Origin: Candidatus Amesbacteria bacterium GW2011_GWC2_45_19
Lineage (GTDB): Bacteria > Patescibacteriota > Microgenomatia > CAZETR01 > Amesbacteraceae
Length of the DNA stretch: 64,000 nt
Direction of reading: 5' to 3'
NCBI GenBank assembly: GCA_001001555.1
Contig: LCKS01000001.1
Coordinates: 82,066 to 146,065, forward strand
Positions 27,550-34,943 of this stretch are shown here, one piece after another; within the stretch, counting starts at the first letter, position 1; each line of letters starts with the position of its first letter. The notes under the pieces are model-generated. The model was not told the DNA's origin. It worked only from the letters and a program-made list of their open reading frames with translations, and searched no databases. A program made the translations under genes and the position numbers.

Positions 27550-29101
27550 AATTATTCTCTTATTCATAGTCCTACTTGGGCTGGGACTTAGACTGTTTCG
27601 TCTAGATTCCCGCCCGTTAGGCTTTACCTGGGACGAAGCCGCTCTTGGTTACAACGCTTATTCGCTTCTTAAAACTGGCCGGGACGAGTATAGCAAAGTC
27701 CTACCCGTCGTTCTCAAATCCTTTGGCGACTACAAACCCGGCGCCTATGCCTACCTGGCTGTTCCTCCTATCGCCACTTTCGGCTTGAACGAGTTCGCCA
27801 CCCGTCTGCCCTCAGCCATCTTTGGAACGTTGCTTATTGTTATTGTTTACCTGCTCACCCGGAATATGTTTGCGGCCGGACTTTTGGCCATTAATCCCTG
27901 GTCGCTTTATTTTTCCCGCGGGGCTTGGGAGGCCAATGTCGCTCTTACCCTCACCGTTCTGGGCGTCCTTTTGTTTATCCGCCGCCGTTATCTGGTTTCG
28001 GCTCTCTTTTTTGGTTTGACCTTTCTTACTTACCAGGGAGCCAAAATGTTTACTCCGCTTCTTATTTTGTCCCTTCTTCTAATCTACCGTCCCAATATTA
28101 AATCATTAATTAAACCCCTGATCTTCCTGATCTTCCTGATCTTCCCCATCCTCCTGGGTCTCACCACCCAATCCGGCCGCCTGAAGGTCTTTAGCGTCTT
28201 CAGTTATTCGCGTTCTCCTTCCGTCGTCGGGGAAATAGAACGTCAGGATAATAACAATCCTTTTCTTTTCACTCTCTTCCATGCAGAAATTATTGACCAG
28301 GGCCGGGGAGTACTGCAAAGATATCTCAACCATTTTTCTCCTTATTATCTGTTCTTCGCCGGAGACTGGCAAAACCTGCGCCACTCCATTCCTTACTACG
28401 GCTACTTCCACCTTCCGGAAATAGTTACTGTCGTTCTAGGTCTTATTTTCCTAATCTCTAATTTCCAATCTCCAATTTCTAAAGTTCTTCTCACTTGGCT
28501 GCTGCTGGCCCCTTTGCCCTCCGCCCTTTCCCGCGACCTAGTCTCCGGCGTCCGCTCCCTGCCCCTGCTGGTACCCCTGGTCGTGCTTAGCGGCATTGGT
28601 TTGTCCCAACTTTTTCGCCATCGTCTTCTCTTATACTCTTACGCTCTGATACTTTTATTTTTCTTCGTCTATTATCTTGATTTATTCTATATCCACGCCC
28701 CCAATTTCACTGCCGTTGACTTCCTTTATCCCTATCGCCCCGCGCTTCAGACAATCAAACTTCTTGTCTCAAATTATAAAAAGATTGTTATCACTTCCCA
28801 ACTTGGTCAACCCTACATATTTACTTTATTTTATTTGCAAATCGACCCCCGCATATATCAATCTCAAGCCCGTTTGCGCGAAAATCCCCAAGGGGACGTA
28901 GGCGAAGTAGAAAAATTTGATATATTCGAATTCCGTCCCATTTTCTGGCCGGCTGATAGGGGATTGTCATCAACTCTATTTGTGGGTGGCCAGTACGAGC
29001 TTCCCGAATCAGATTTACAGACCACTCCCAATCTGGAAAGAGTTTCCGATATCACTTACCCCGGCGGGGCCCCCGCCTTAAAAATTGTTGGCCTCAAATG
29101 A
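27539..29101 (+). CDS. GT-C family membrane glycosyltransferase, paralog 4
   Basis: FTWDEAALGYNAYSLLKTGRDEY; contains (CCTGATCTT)x3. Confidence 0.65.
   Translation: MRNRIILLFIVLLGLGLRLFRLDSRPLGFTWDEAALGYNAYSLLKTGRDEYSKVLPVVLKSFGDYKPGAYAYLAVPPIATFGLNEFATRLPSAIFGTLLIVIVYLLTRNMFAAGLLAINPWSLYFSRGAWEANVALTLTVLGVLLFIRRRYLVSALFFGLTFLTYQGAKMFTPLLILSLLLIYRPNIKSLIKPLIFLIFLIFPILLGLTTQSGRLKVFSVFSYSRSPSVVGEIERQDNNNPFLFTLFHAEIIDQGRGVLQRYLNHFSPYYLFFAGDWQNLRHSIPYYGYFHLPEIVTVVLGLIFLISNFQSPISKVLLTWLLLAPLPSALSRDLVSGVRSLPLLVPLVVLSGIGLSQLFRHRLLLYSYALILLFFFVYYLDLFYIHAPNFTAVDFLYPYRPALQTIKLLVSNYKKIVITSQLGQPYIFTLFYLQIDPRIYQSQARLRENPQGDVGEVEKFDIFEFRPIFWPADRGLSSTLFVGGQYELPESDLQTTPNLERVSDITYPGGAPALKIVGLK
28117..28143 (+). 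repeat. 9-nt tandem repeat (CCTGATCTT)x3 in GT-C paralog 4
   Basis: Read directly; encodes LIFLIFLIF in a TM segment. Confidence 0.8.
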
Positions 29102-30675
29102 AAAAATTTCTCCTCATTTTCATTCTTATCCTGGCATCAGTCCTGCGGCTCTACAAACTGTCTTCATACCCGGCTGGTCTAAACGCCGATGAAGCCGCGT
29201 TAGGTTACAATGCTTATTCTTTGATGCTGACCGGCCGTGATGAGCACGGCCATCCCTGGCCGGTGAATCTGGAATCGTTCGGCGATTTCAAGCCTGCCGG
29301 CTACGCGTATTTGCTCATTCCTTTCATCAAAGTTTTCGGCCTGACCGAACTGGCCGTCCGCCTCCCCTCGGCTATCTTCGGCATCCTAGCCGTTCTCTTC
29401 ATCTATTTACTGGTCAAAGAGCTGAGCACTGAGGGCTGCGCGCTGATAGCTGCGATATTGCTAGCAATATCGCCGTGGCATTTGCACTTCTCCCGCGGCG
29501 GCTGGGAAGTCAACGTGGCCACCACTCTGATTCTCATCGGCGTCTGGCTCTTCCTCAAACGTCGCTTTGCCCTTTGCACTTTGCCCTTTGCACTTTCGAT
29601 GTACACCTACCAATCAGCCCGCGTCATCGTCCCTTTTCTGGGATTAGGACTAATATTACTCAATCGCCCAAAAAAGATTCTGTCTAGCGGCTTATTACTG
29701 TTACTGTTATTATCTCCTCTGGCCCTCTCGGTACTTCGTTCAGACGCCGCCTCCCGTTTATCCGGCGTGGGGCTGCTGGCCGATGAAGGGCCTCTTAACC
29801 GGGCCAAAGAACTGCGCGGCCAACATGCAAACTGGAGTTCTCCTCTGTCCCGGATTCTCCACAACCGGCCCGTTCTCTACACCATCCAATTCTTGAAAAA
29901 TTACACAGATCATTTTTCCGGCGACTTTCTTTTCGTCAACGGCGACGTCATCCCCCGGAACCGGGTTCCCGAAACCGGCCTGCTGTATTTCACTGATTTC
30001 ATCTTTCTGGCTCTGGGCGTGGTCTATCTTCTCCGCACTACTCACTACTCACTACACACCCGGGTTATCTGGCTCTGGTTGCTCGTCGCCCCTCTTGCTG
30101 CGGCTCTGACGTTCCAAATCCCCCACGCCCTGCGGGCCCACACCTTGGTCATTCCCCTCACGATCTTGATCGCGGCCGGCGGATACTCTTTAAAGGAGAC
30201 TCCTTTTAAGTTTAAAAGGAGTCTCCTTTTTATAGTGGCTGTGATTTATTTGTGGCAATTTGCCAGATATCTGCACCAGTATTACATCCACTATCCCCAA
30301 ACTTATCCTTACGCTTGGGAGTACGGTTTCAAAGAACTGGTGGCTTACGTGGGATCGGTCCAAGACAAATATGAAAAGATTTTAGTCACCGATAAATATG
30401 ACCAGCCATATATTATCTTTCTCTTTTATTCCAAGTATCCGCCTCAATTATTCCAAAATAATCACCAGCTTACTTTCAGGGATAAGTTTAATTTCTCTAC
30501 CGTCCGCGACTACGGCAAGTTCCATTTTGCCGCCACTCCCTGGTCAACCGTCCGCGATATCCATTCCTCGCTTATTGTGGCCGCCCCGGAAGATATTCCC
30601 GAAGTAGGTGTTAATATAGTTAAAACCATTAATTTTCCCAATGGCCAGCCCGCATTTAAAATAATCAGCAACTAA
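29098..30675 (+). CDS. GT-C family membrane glycosyltransferase, paralog 5
   Basis: LNADEAALGYNAYSLMLTGRDEHG; closest to paralog 1 (RRFALCTLPFALSMYTY). Confidence 0.65.
   Translation: MKKFLLIFILILASVLRLYKLSSYPAGLNADEAALGYNAYSLMLTGRDEHGHPWPVNLESFGDFKPAGYAYLLIPFIKVFGLTELAVRLPSAIFGILAVLFIYLLVKELSTEGCALIAAILLAISPWHLHFSRGGWEVNVATTLILIGVWLFLKRRFALCTLPFALSMYTYQSARVIVPFLGLGLILLNRPKKILSSGLLLLLLLSPLALSVLRSDAASRLSGVGLLADEGPLNRAKELRGQHANWSSPLSRILHNRPVLYTIQFLKNYTDHFSGDFLFVNGDVIPRNRVPETGLLYFTDFIFLALGVVYLLRTTHYSLHTRVIWLWLLVAPLAAALTFQIPHALRAHTLVIPLTILIAAGGYSLKETPFKFKRSLLFIVAVIYLWQFARYLHQYYIHYPQTYPYAWEYGFKELVAYVGSVQDKYEKILVTDKYDQPYIIFLFYSKYPPQLFQNNHQLTFRDKFNFSTVRDYGKFHFAATPWSTVRDIHSSLIVAAPEDIPEVGVNIVKTINFPNGQPAFKIISN
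29565..29596 (+). repeat. Degenerate heptamer array (CTTTGC[A/C])x4 in GT-C paralog 5, homologous position to (TTTGCAC)x4 in paralog 1
   Basis: gCTTTGCCCTTTGCACTTTGCCCTTTGCACTTTcg. Confidence 0.7.
30192..30229 (+). repeat. Perfect 18-bp inverted repeat with 2-nt spacer (REPIN-like doublet) inside GT-C paralog 5
   Basis: AAAGGAGACTCCTTTTAA-GT-TTAAAAGGAGTCTCCTTT; core GACTCCTTTTAAG resembles REP core CACTCCTTTAAGG. Confidence 0.65.
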
Positions 30676-31490
30676 TGAAGTATCACCCCTCCTCACTACG
30701 TTCGGTTTCCCCTCTTAAATTAAGAGGGGACAAAGGGGTGATATTGTCTGTTGTTCTTGCCACTCGCAATGAGGAGGCCAATCTAACTCGTTGTCTGGAG
30801 GCGGTAAAATCGATTGCCAATGAGATAATCATTGCGGACGAGCAATCAACCGACAAAACAGTGGGAATAGCCAAAAAATTCGGGGCAAAAGTCATTTCTG
30901 TTCCGCATCAGGAAAATTTCCATATCACCAAAAATATCGCCATAGACGCCGCCCGTGGAGACTGGATCCTCCAATTAGATGCCGACGAAGTCGTCTCCCC
31001 CGAACTGGCTTGCGAAATTGTCTCTACTATCAACCATGAATCATCAACCATGAACGGTTATTGGGTTAACCGCCGCAATTGGTTTCTCACCCGCTTCTTA
31101 TCTAAAGGCGGCCAATATCCGGATCCCACTCTCCGCCTGTACCGCCGGGGAAAAGGAAGACTTCCGGCCAAAGACGTGCACGAGCAAGCACAGATCCAGG
31201 GTCCAACCGGCCGCTTGCGGAACGATTTGTACCACTACCGGGATACCAGTTTCGCCAAGTACTTAGATGGTTTTAATCGCTATTCATCGTTTTTGGCGGC
31301 AAATATTAACCCCGAGGTCAATTTGCGGCAAACTCTCAACTACCTGGGCTGCAAACCAGTGGTAACGTTTTGTAAAATCTATTTTCGTCACCGGGGTTAC
31401 GTTGACGGTTACCCTGGTTTTGTCTTTGCCCTCTTTTCCGGCCTCACCCACGCCATCGCCTATATTAAATATTGGCAAAGGTTATTATGA
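30675..31490 (+). CDS. GT2 glycosyltransferase (short soluble type); true start possibly GTG at 30738
   Basis: VVLATRNEE...EIIIADEQSTDKT...LDADEVV. The first 21 codons (KYHPSSLRSVSPLKLRGDKG) are encoded by a palindromic mini-element and are probably not native coding sequence. Confidence 0.65.
   Translation: MKYHPSSLRSVSPLKLRGDKGVILSVVLATRNEEANLTRCLEAVKSIANEIIIADEQSTDKTVGIAKKFGAKVISVPHQENFHITKNIAIDAARGDWILQLDADEVVSPELACEIVSTINHESSTMNGYWVNRRNWFLTRFLSKGGQYPDPTLRLYRRGKGRLPAKDVHEQAQIQGPTGRLRNDLYHYRDTSFAKYLDGFNRYSSFLAANINPEVNLRQTLNYLGCKPVVTFCKIYFRHRGYVDGYPGFVFALFSGLTHAIAYIKYWQRLL
30681..30743 (+). repeat. Palindromic mini-element (same architecture as 23326..23380) at gene junction
   Basis: Outer perfect 10-bp arms TATCACCCCT / AGGGGTGATA; inner CCCCTCTTAA-A-TTAAGAGGGG (30709..30729). 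Confidence 0.65.
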
Positions 31491-32464
31491 TCAAGGTTGG
31501 TTTCATTACGGCTCCTCTTCACGACGCTAACGCAGTCCGCGGCGTCGGGTCATATACCCGCCGCCTTCTTCCGGAACTCAAAAAACAAACCTCTGATTTT
31601 GGATTTGAAATCGTTGAAAATGACACGTCTGCAGAGATTATCCACTATCCGTATTTTGATTTATTTCGGCACACTTTACCAATATTCAAAGATGCCAAGA
31701 CTATAGTTACCGTCCATGACGTTATTCCTTTGGAATTTCCCGATCATTATCCACCCGGCCTGCGCGGCTGGTTTAATCTGCAACTACAAAAACTAGCCCT
31801 GAGCGAAGTCGAAGGGGTGATTACCATTTCGTACCACTGCGTTAAGACAATTCATAAGTACTTAAACGTACCTCACGGCAAGTTGAAATTGGTTTACGAA
31901 GCCGCTGACTCCATATTTAAAAAGATTTCTAAACCCAAAAATAAATTTAACCTGCCCAAAAAATTCGTTCTCTACGTTGGAGATGTAAATTGGAATAAGA
32001 ATATACCCAATTTAATTAAAACCTGTGAACAAATAAATTACCCATTGGTAATGGTGGGTAAACAAGCAGCTGAAGTAGAAAAATTGGACTTAAATCATGC
32101 CGAACTGCGGCATTTACAAGGAGTAGATTGGAGTAAAGTTATGAAATTGGGATTCGTGTCCGCTGCAGACCTAGTGGACATTTACAATTTGGCCACTGTT
32201 TATTGCCAGCCTTCATTTTCAGAAGGTTTTGGCCTGCCGGTGGTGGAAGCTCTGGCTTGCGGTACTCCGGTGGCCTGCAGTAATACTTCATCTTTGCCGG
32301 AAATAGCCGGCGACTCTGCCACCTACTTTGATCCCCATGATGTAAACGATATGGCTAAAGCTATCAAAAAGGCCAAGCCTAGCACTGTACAACCCAAGTT
32401 TTCCTGGGCCAAAGCCGCCGCCCAAACTTTGCAAGTCTACCAGGAAGTATTAGAGTTGGTTTAA
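31487..32464 (+). CDS. GT4 (GT-B fold) glycosyltransferase
   Basis: PSFSEGFGLPVVEALACGTPVACSNTSSLPE; ATGA overlap with upstream gene; last 30 nt duplicated downstream of BrnTA. Confidence 0.7.
   Translation: MIKVGFITAPLHDANAVRGVGSYTRRLLPELKKQTSDFGFEIVENDTSAEIIHYPYFDLFRHTLPIFKDAKTIVTVHDVIPLEFPDHYPPGLRGWFNLQLQKLALSEVEGVITISYHCVKTIHKYLNVPHGKLKLVYEAADSIFKKISKPKNKFNLPKKFVLYVGDVNWNKNIPNLIKTCEQINYPLVMVGKQAAEVEKLDLNHAELRHLQGVDWSKVMKLGFVSAADLVDIYNLATVYCQPSFSEGFGLPVVEALACGTPVACSNTSSLPEIAGDSATYFDPHDVNDMAKAIKKAKPSTVQPKFSWAKAAAQTLQVYQEVLELV
32425..32452 (+). repeat. Left copy of 28-nt direct repeat bracketing the BrnTA cassette (3' end of GT4 gene)
   Basis: AACTTTGCAAGTCTACCAGGAAGTATTA vs 33049..33076 AACTTTGCAAGTCTACCGGGAAGTATTA (27/28). 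Confidence 0.7.
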
Positions 32465-32467
32465 CTA

Positions 32468-32496
32468 TTGACAATCGATATTGTTTGTCATACACT
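32468..32496 (+). promoter_or_regulatory. brnT promoter with operator-like inverted repeat; -10 box 7 nt upstream of GTG start (leaderless)
   Basis: TTGACA(32468-32473)-17 nt-TACACT(32491-32496); inverted repeat TGACAA...TTGTCA overlaps the -35 and spacer. Confidence 0.45.
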
Positions 32497-32502
32497 ATAT
32501 AA

Positions 32503-32787
32503 GTGAAATATGTGGATTGGAATGCAGCCAAAAACGAGATTCTAAAAACAGAGAGAGGAATTTCGTTTGAAGATGTTATGGCAGCATTCGTAGAAGAAGG
32601 TTTACTTGACATTATTAAACATCCAAATGAACAAAAGTATTCTCATCAAAAAATGATTATAGTTAATGTTGACGATTATGTTTATCTGGTTCCGTTTGTC
32701 GAAGACGATGAAAAGATTTTTTTGAAAACCATACTGCCCAGCCGAGAAGCAACAAAACGTTATCTAATCCAAAAAGCAAAAAAATGA
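32503..32787 (+). CDS. brnT: BrnT-like toxin (DUF497 ribonuclease toxin of type II TA)
   Basis: GTG start; VDWNAAKNEILKTERGISFEDVMAAF...IIVNVDDYVYLVPFVEDDEKIFLKTILPSREATKRY fits DUF497/BrnT layout. Confidence 0.6.
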   Translation: MKYVDWNAAKNEILKTERGISFEDVMAAFVEEGLLDIIKHPNEQKYSHQKMIIVNVDDYVYLVPFVEDDEKIFLKTILPSREATKRYLIQKAKK

Positions 32788-33050
32788 GCCAAAAATATTT
32801 TGATTTAACTTCAGAAGAACAAAGATTACTAACTTCATTCGAAGCTGGTGAATGGCGTAGTGTCGCGGATTTGGAAAAATCTAAGAGACTGTATCGTCAG
32901 TATGCAGCAAACACTCTGGCTAAAGCCAAGAATGTAAATTTAAGATTGGCAGAAAAAACAGTCTTGAAATTTAAAGCAAAAGCAGCTTCCGAAGGAATTC
33001 CTTATCAGACTCTCATGTCTTCAGTACTTCACAAGTACGCAAACCAATAA
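32784..33050 (+). CDS. brnA: BrnA-like antitoxin (RHH/CopG-like, DUF4415-type)
   Basis: C-terminal VNLRLAEKTVLKFKAKAASEGIPYQTLMSSVLHKY is the BrnA signature; ATGA overlap with brnT. Confidence 0.6.
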   Translation: MSQKYFDLTSEEQRLLTSFEAGEWRSVADLEKSKRLYRQYAANTLAKAKNVNLRLAEKTVLKFKAKAASEGIPYQTLMSSVLHKYANQ

Positions 33051-33076
33051 CTTTGCAAGTCTACCGGGAAGTATTA
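33049..33076 (+). repeat. Right copy of 28-nt direct repeat bracketing the BrnTA cassette
   Basis: Starts at the last two nt of the brnA stop codon. Confidence 0.7.
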
Positions 33077-33089
33077 AAATGATCCGTAC

Positions 33090-34202
33090 ATGAGTTTTTC
33101 CCGCCTGTTTAAGATTTTTGTCCTCTGGCAAGCCGCAATCATTATCGTGACTATGGCCGCCCAATATTCTTCACTGCCCCTGCGGGAAACGTTTTTGGGC
33201 AGTGGCACTCAAGCGTATGTGGAAAAGCCCTGGGCTTACTCCCGGGAAAATTTTGACGGCATGCATTACACGTATATCGCCAGCCGCGGCTATGGCTATT
33301 CCCAGCAGGCTTTCTTCCCTCTTTATCCGGCTCTCATGCGCCGCCTGATGACCCTGCCAATTCTTAACAACGCCGTCACTGCCGGCGTTTTAATTTCTGT
33401 AGTGGCTTTTCTGGCCGGCCTGTATCTGTTCATCAAATTAATTCTTTTGGATTATTCCTCATCTGTTGCTAAGTGGACTATCCTGGCCCTGCTGTTTTTT
33501 CCCGCCAGTTTCTTCTTTACTTCCGTATACACCGAAGGCCTATTCTTTTTCCTGACTATTGCCGCTTTTTACTCCGCCCGCACCCGCCACTGGTTGCTGG
33601 CGGGTATATTCGGGGCCCTGGCCAGCTACACCCGTTTCATCGGCATCTTTCTCTTTCCGGCTCTTTTAATCGAATGGTGGCAGCAGGGCCGCCGCTTCAA
33701 GCACTTCTTGCCTCTTCTTTTGATTCCGCTCGGCTTAATAATTTACATGAATTATTTGAATAAGACAACGGGGGACCCCTTAGCCTTTTTCCACGTCCAG
33801 GTGAATTTTGCCCAACTGCGAAGCGAGAAACTCATTCTGCTTTATCAAGTTTTCTGGCGTTACCTCAAAATGCTTCTGACCGTCAACCGTTCCGACCCGC
33901 TGTATCTGACCATCGTTCTCGAATTTGTGACCGGAGTGGTATTTCTAGTAACCACTGTCTACTCGTTTATCAAACACCGCCTGTCCTACGCCGTCTTTAA
34001 CTTCTTGACCTATATTATCCCCACCTTGACCGGCACCTTTACCTCTTTGCCCCGCTACGTTCTGCTTTGTTTCCCCTCGTTCCTGCTAATTGGCGAGTTA
34101 TTATCCCGCTCGCCCCTAGCCCGCAAAATTATCCTCGGCATCTTCGCTGTCGCCTTTATTATTTTTCTCTCCTTCTTCGCCCGGGGATATTGGGTGGCAT
34201 AA
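33090..34202 (+). CDS. Polytopic membrane protein, PIG-V-like (GT76-like) mannosyltransferase family; paralog of 421..1467
   Basis: FDGMHYTYIASRGYGYSQQAFFPLYPAL motif; 370 aa, ~9 TM. Confidence 0.45.
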   Translation: MSFSRLFKIFVLWQAAIIIVTMAAQYSSLPLRETFLGSGTQAYVEKPWAYSRENFDGMHYTYIASRGYGYSQQAFFPLYPALMRRLMTLPILNNAVTAGVLISVVAFLAGLYLFIKLILLDYSSSVAKWTILALLFFPASFFFTSVYTEGLFFFLTIAAFYSARTRHWLLAGIFGALASYTRFIGIFLFPALLIEWWQQGRRFKHFLPLLLIPLGLIIYMNYLNKTTGDPLAFFHVQVNFAQLRSEKLILLYQVFWRYLKMLLTVNRSDPLYLTIVLEFVTGVVFLVTTVYSFIKHRLSYAVFNFLTYIIPTLTGTFTSLPRYVLLCFPSFLLIGELLSRSPLARKIILGIFAVAFIIFLSFFARGYWVA

Positions 34203-34943
34203 ATGAACACTATTAAATTGTCGGTAGTTATGCCGGTCTACCGGCAGGAAAAGAACGTGGTCCGATATCTGCGGGCTCTGGGTAAAGTCTTGGCGGGATT
34301 GAATGTTGTTTACGAAATGATTTGCGTTGTAGACGGCCAAGTGGACAATACTTATGAGAATGCCAAAAAGGCCAAAATCCCAAAACTTAAAGTCTTCACT
34401 TATCCCAAAAATCAGGGGAAAGGCAACGCGGTCCGGTTTGGCATGTCCAGAGCCAGGGGGGAAGTAATCGGTTTTGTAGACGGAGGATTTGACCTTAAAT
34501 ATTCATCCATTCCTTTGGCCTTGGAGCATATGAAGTGGTACAACGCTGATATTATGATCGGATCCAAACGTCATCCCGCTTCCAAAGTCACCTATCCATG
34601 GCAGAGACGGATTTTGTCTTGGGGATATCAAATGGGCGTAAGGCTACTTTTTGGAATTAATGTTAGAGATTCACAGGTTGGTATTAAATTCTTCAAAAGA
34701 AAAGTTGTTAAAGAAATAATGCCAAAATTATTGATAAAAGCTTTTGCTTTTGATATCGAAATGTTGGCAGTAGCCAACCGGATGGGCTTTTCCAGAATTT
34801 ACGAATTTCCCATAGAATTAAAATTGGAATTTGGCACATCTTCAATTGCCTCAATCGGCTTTTTCAAGACTAGCTGGAATATGCTGTGGGACACTCTGGC
34901 TGTCTTTTACCGCCTGAAAATCCGGTGCCACTACGATAAATGA
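34203..34943 (+). CDS. GT2 polyprenyl-phosphate sugar synthase (DPM1/GtrB-like)
   Basis: LSVVMPVYRQEKNV...CVVDGQVDNT...FVDGG...; GC falls from ~48% to ~33% inside this gene. Confidence 0.65.
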   Translation: MNTIKLSVVMPVYRQEKNVVRYLRALGKVLAGLNVVYEMICVVDGQVDNTYENAKKAKIPKLKVFTYPKNQGKGNAVRFGMSRARGEVIGFVDGGFDLKYSSIPLALEHMKWYNADIMIGSKRHPASKVTYPWQRRILSWGYQMGVRLLFGINVRDSQVGIKFFKRKVVKEIMPKLLIKAFAFDIEMLAVANRMGFSRIYEFPIELKLEFGTSSIASIGFFKTSWNMLWDTLAVFYRLKIRCHYDK

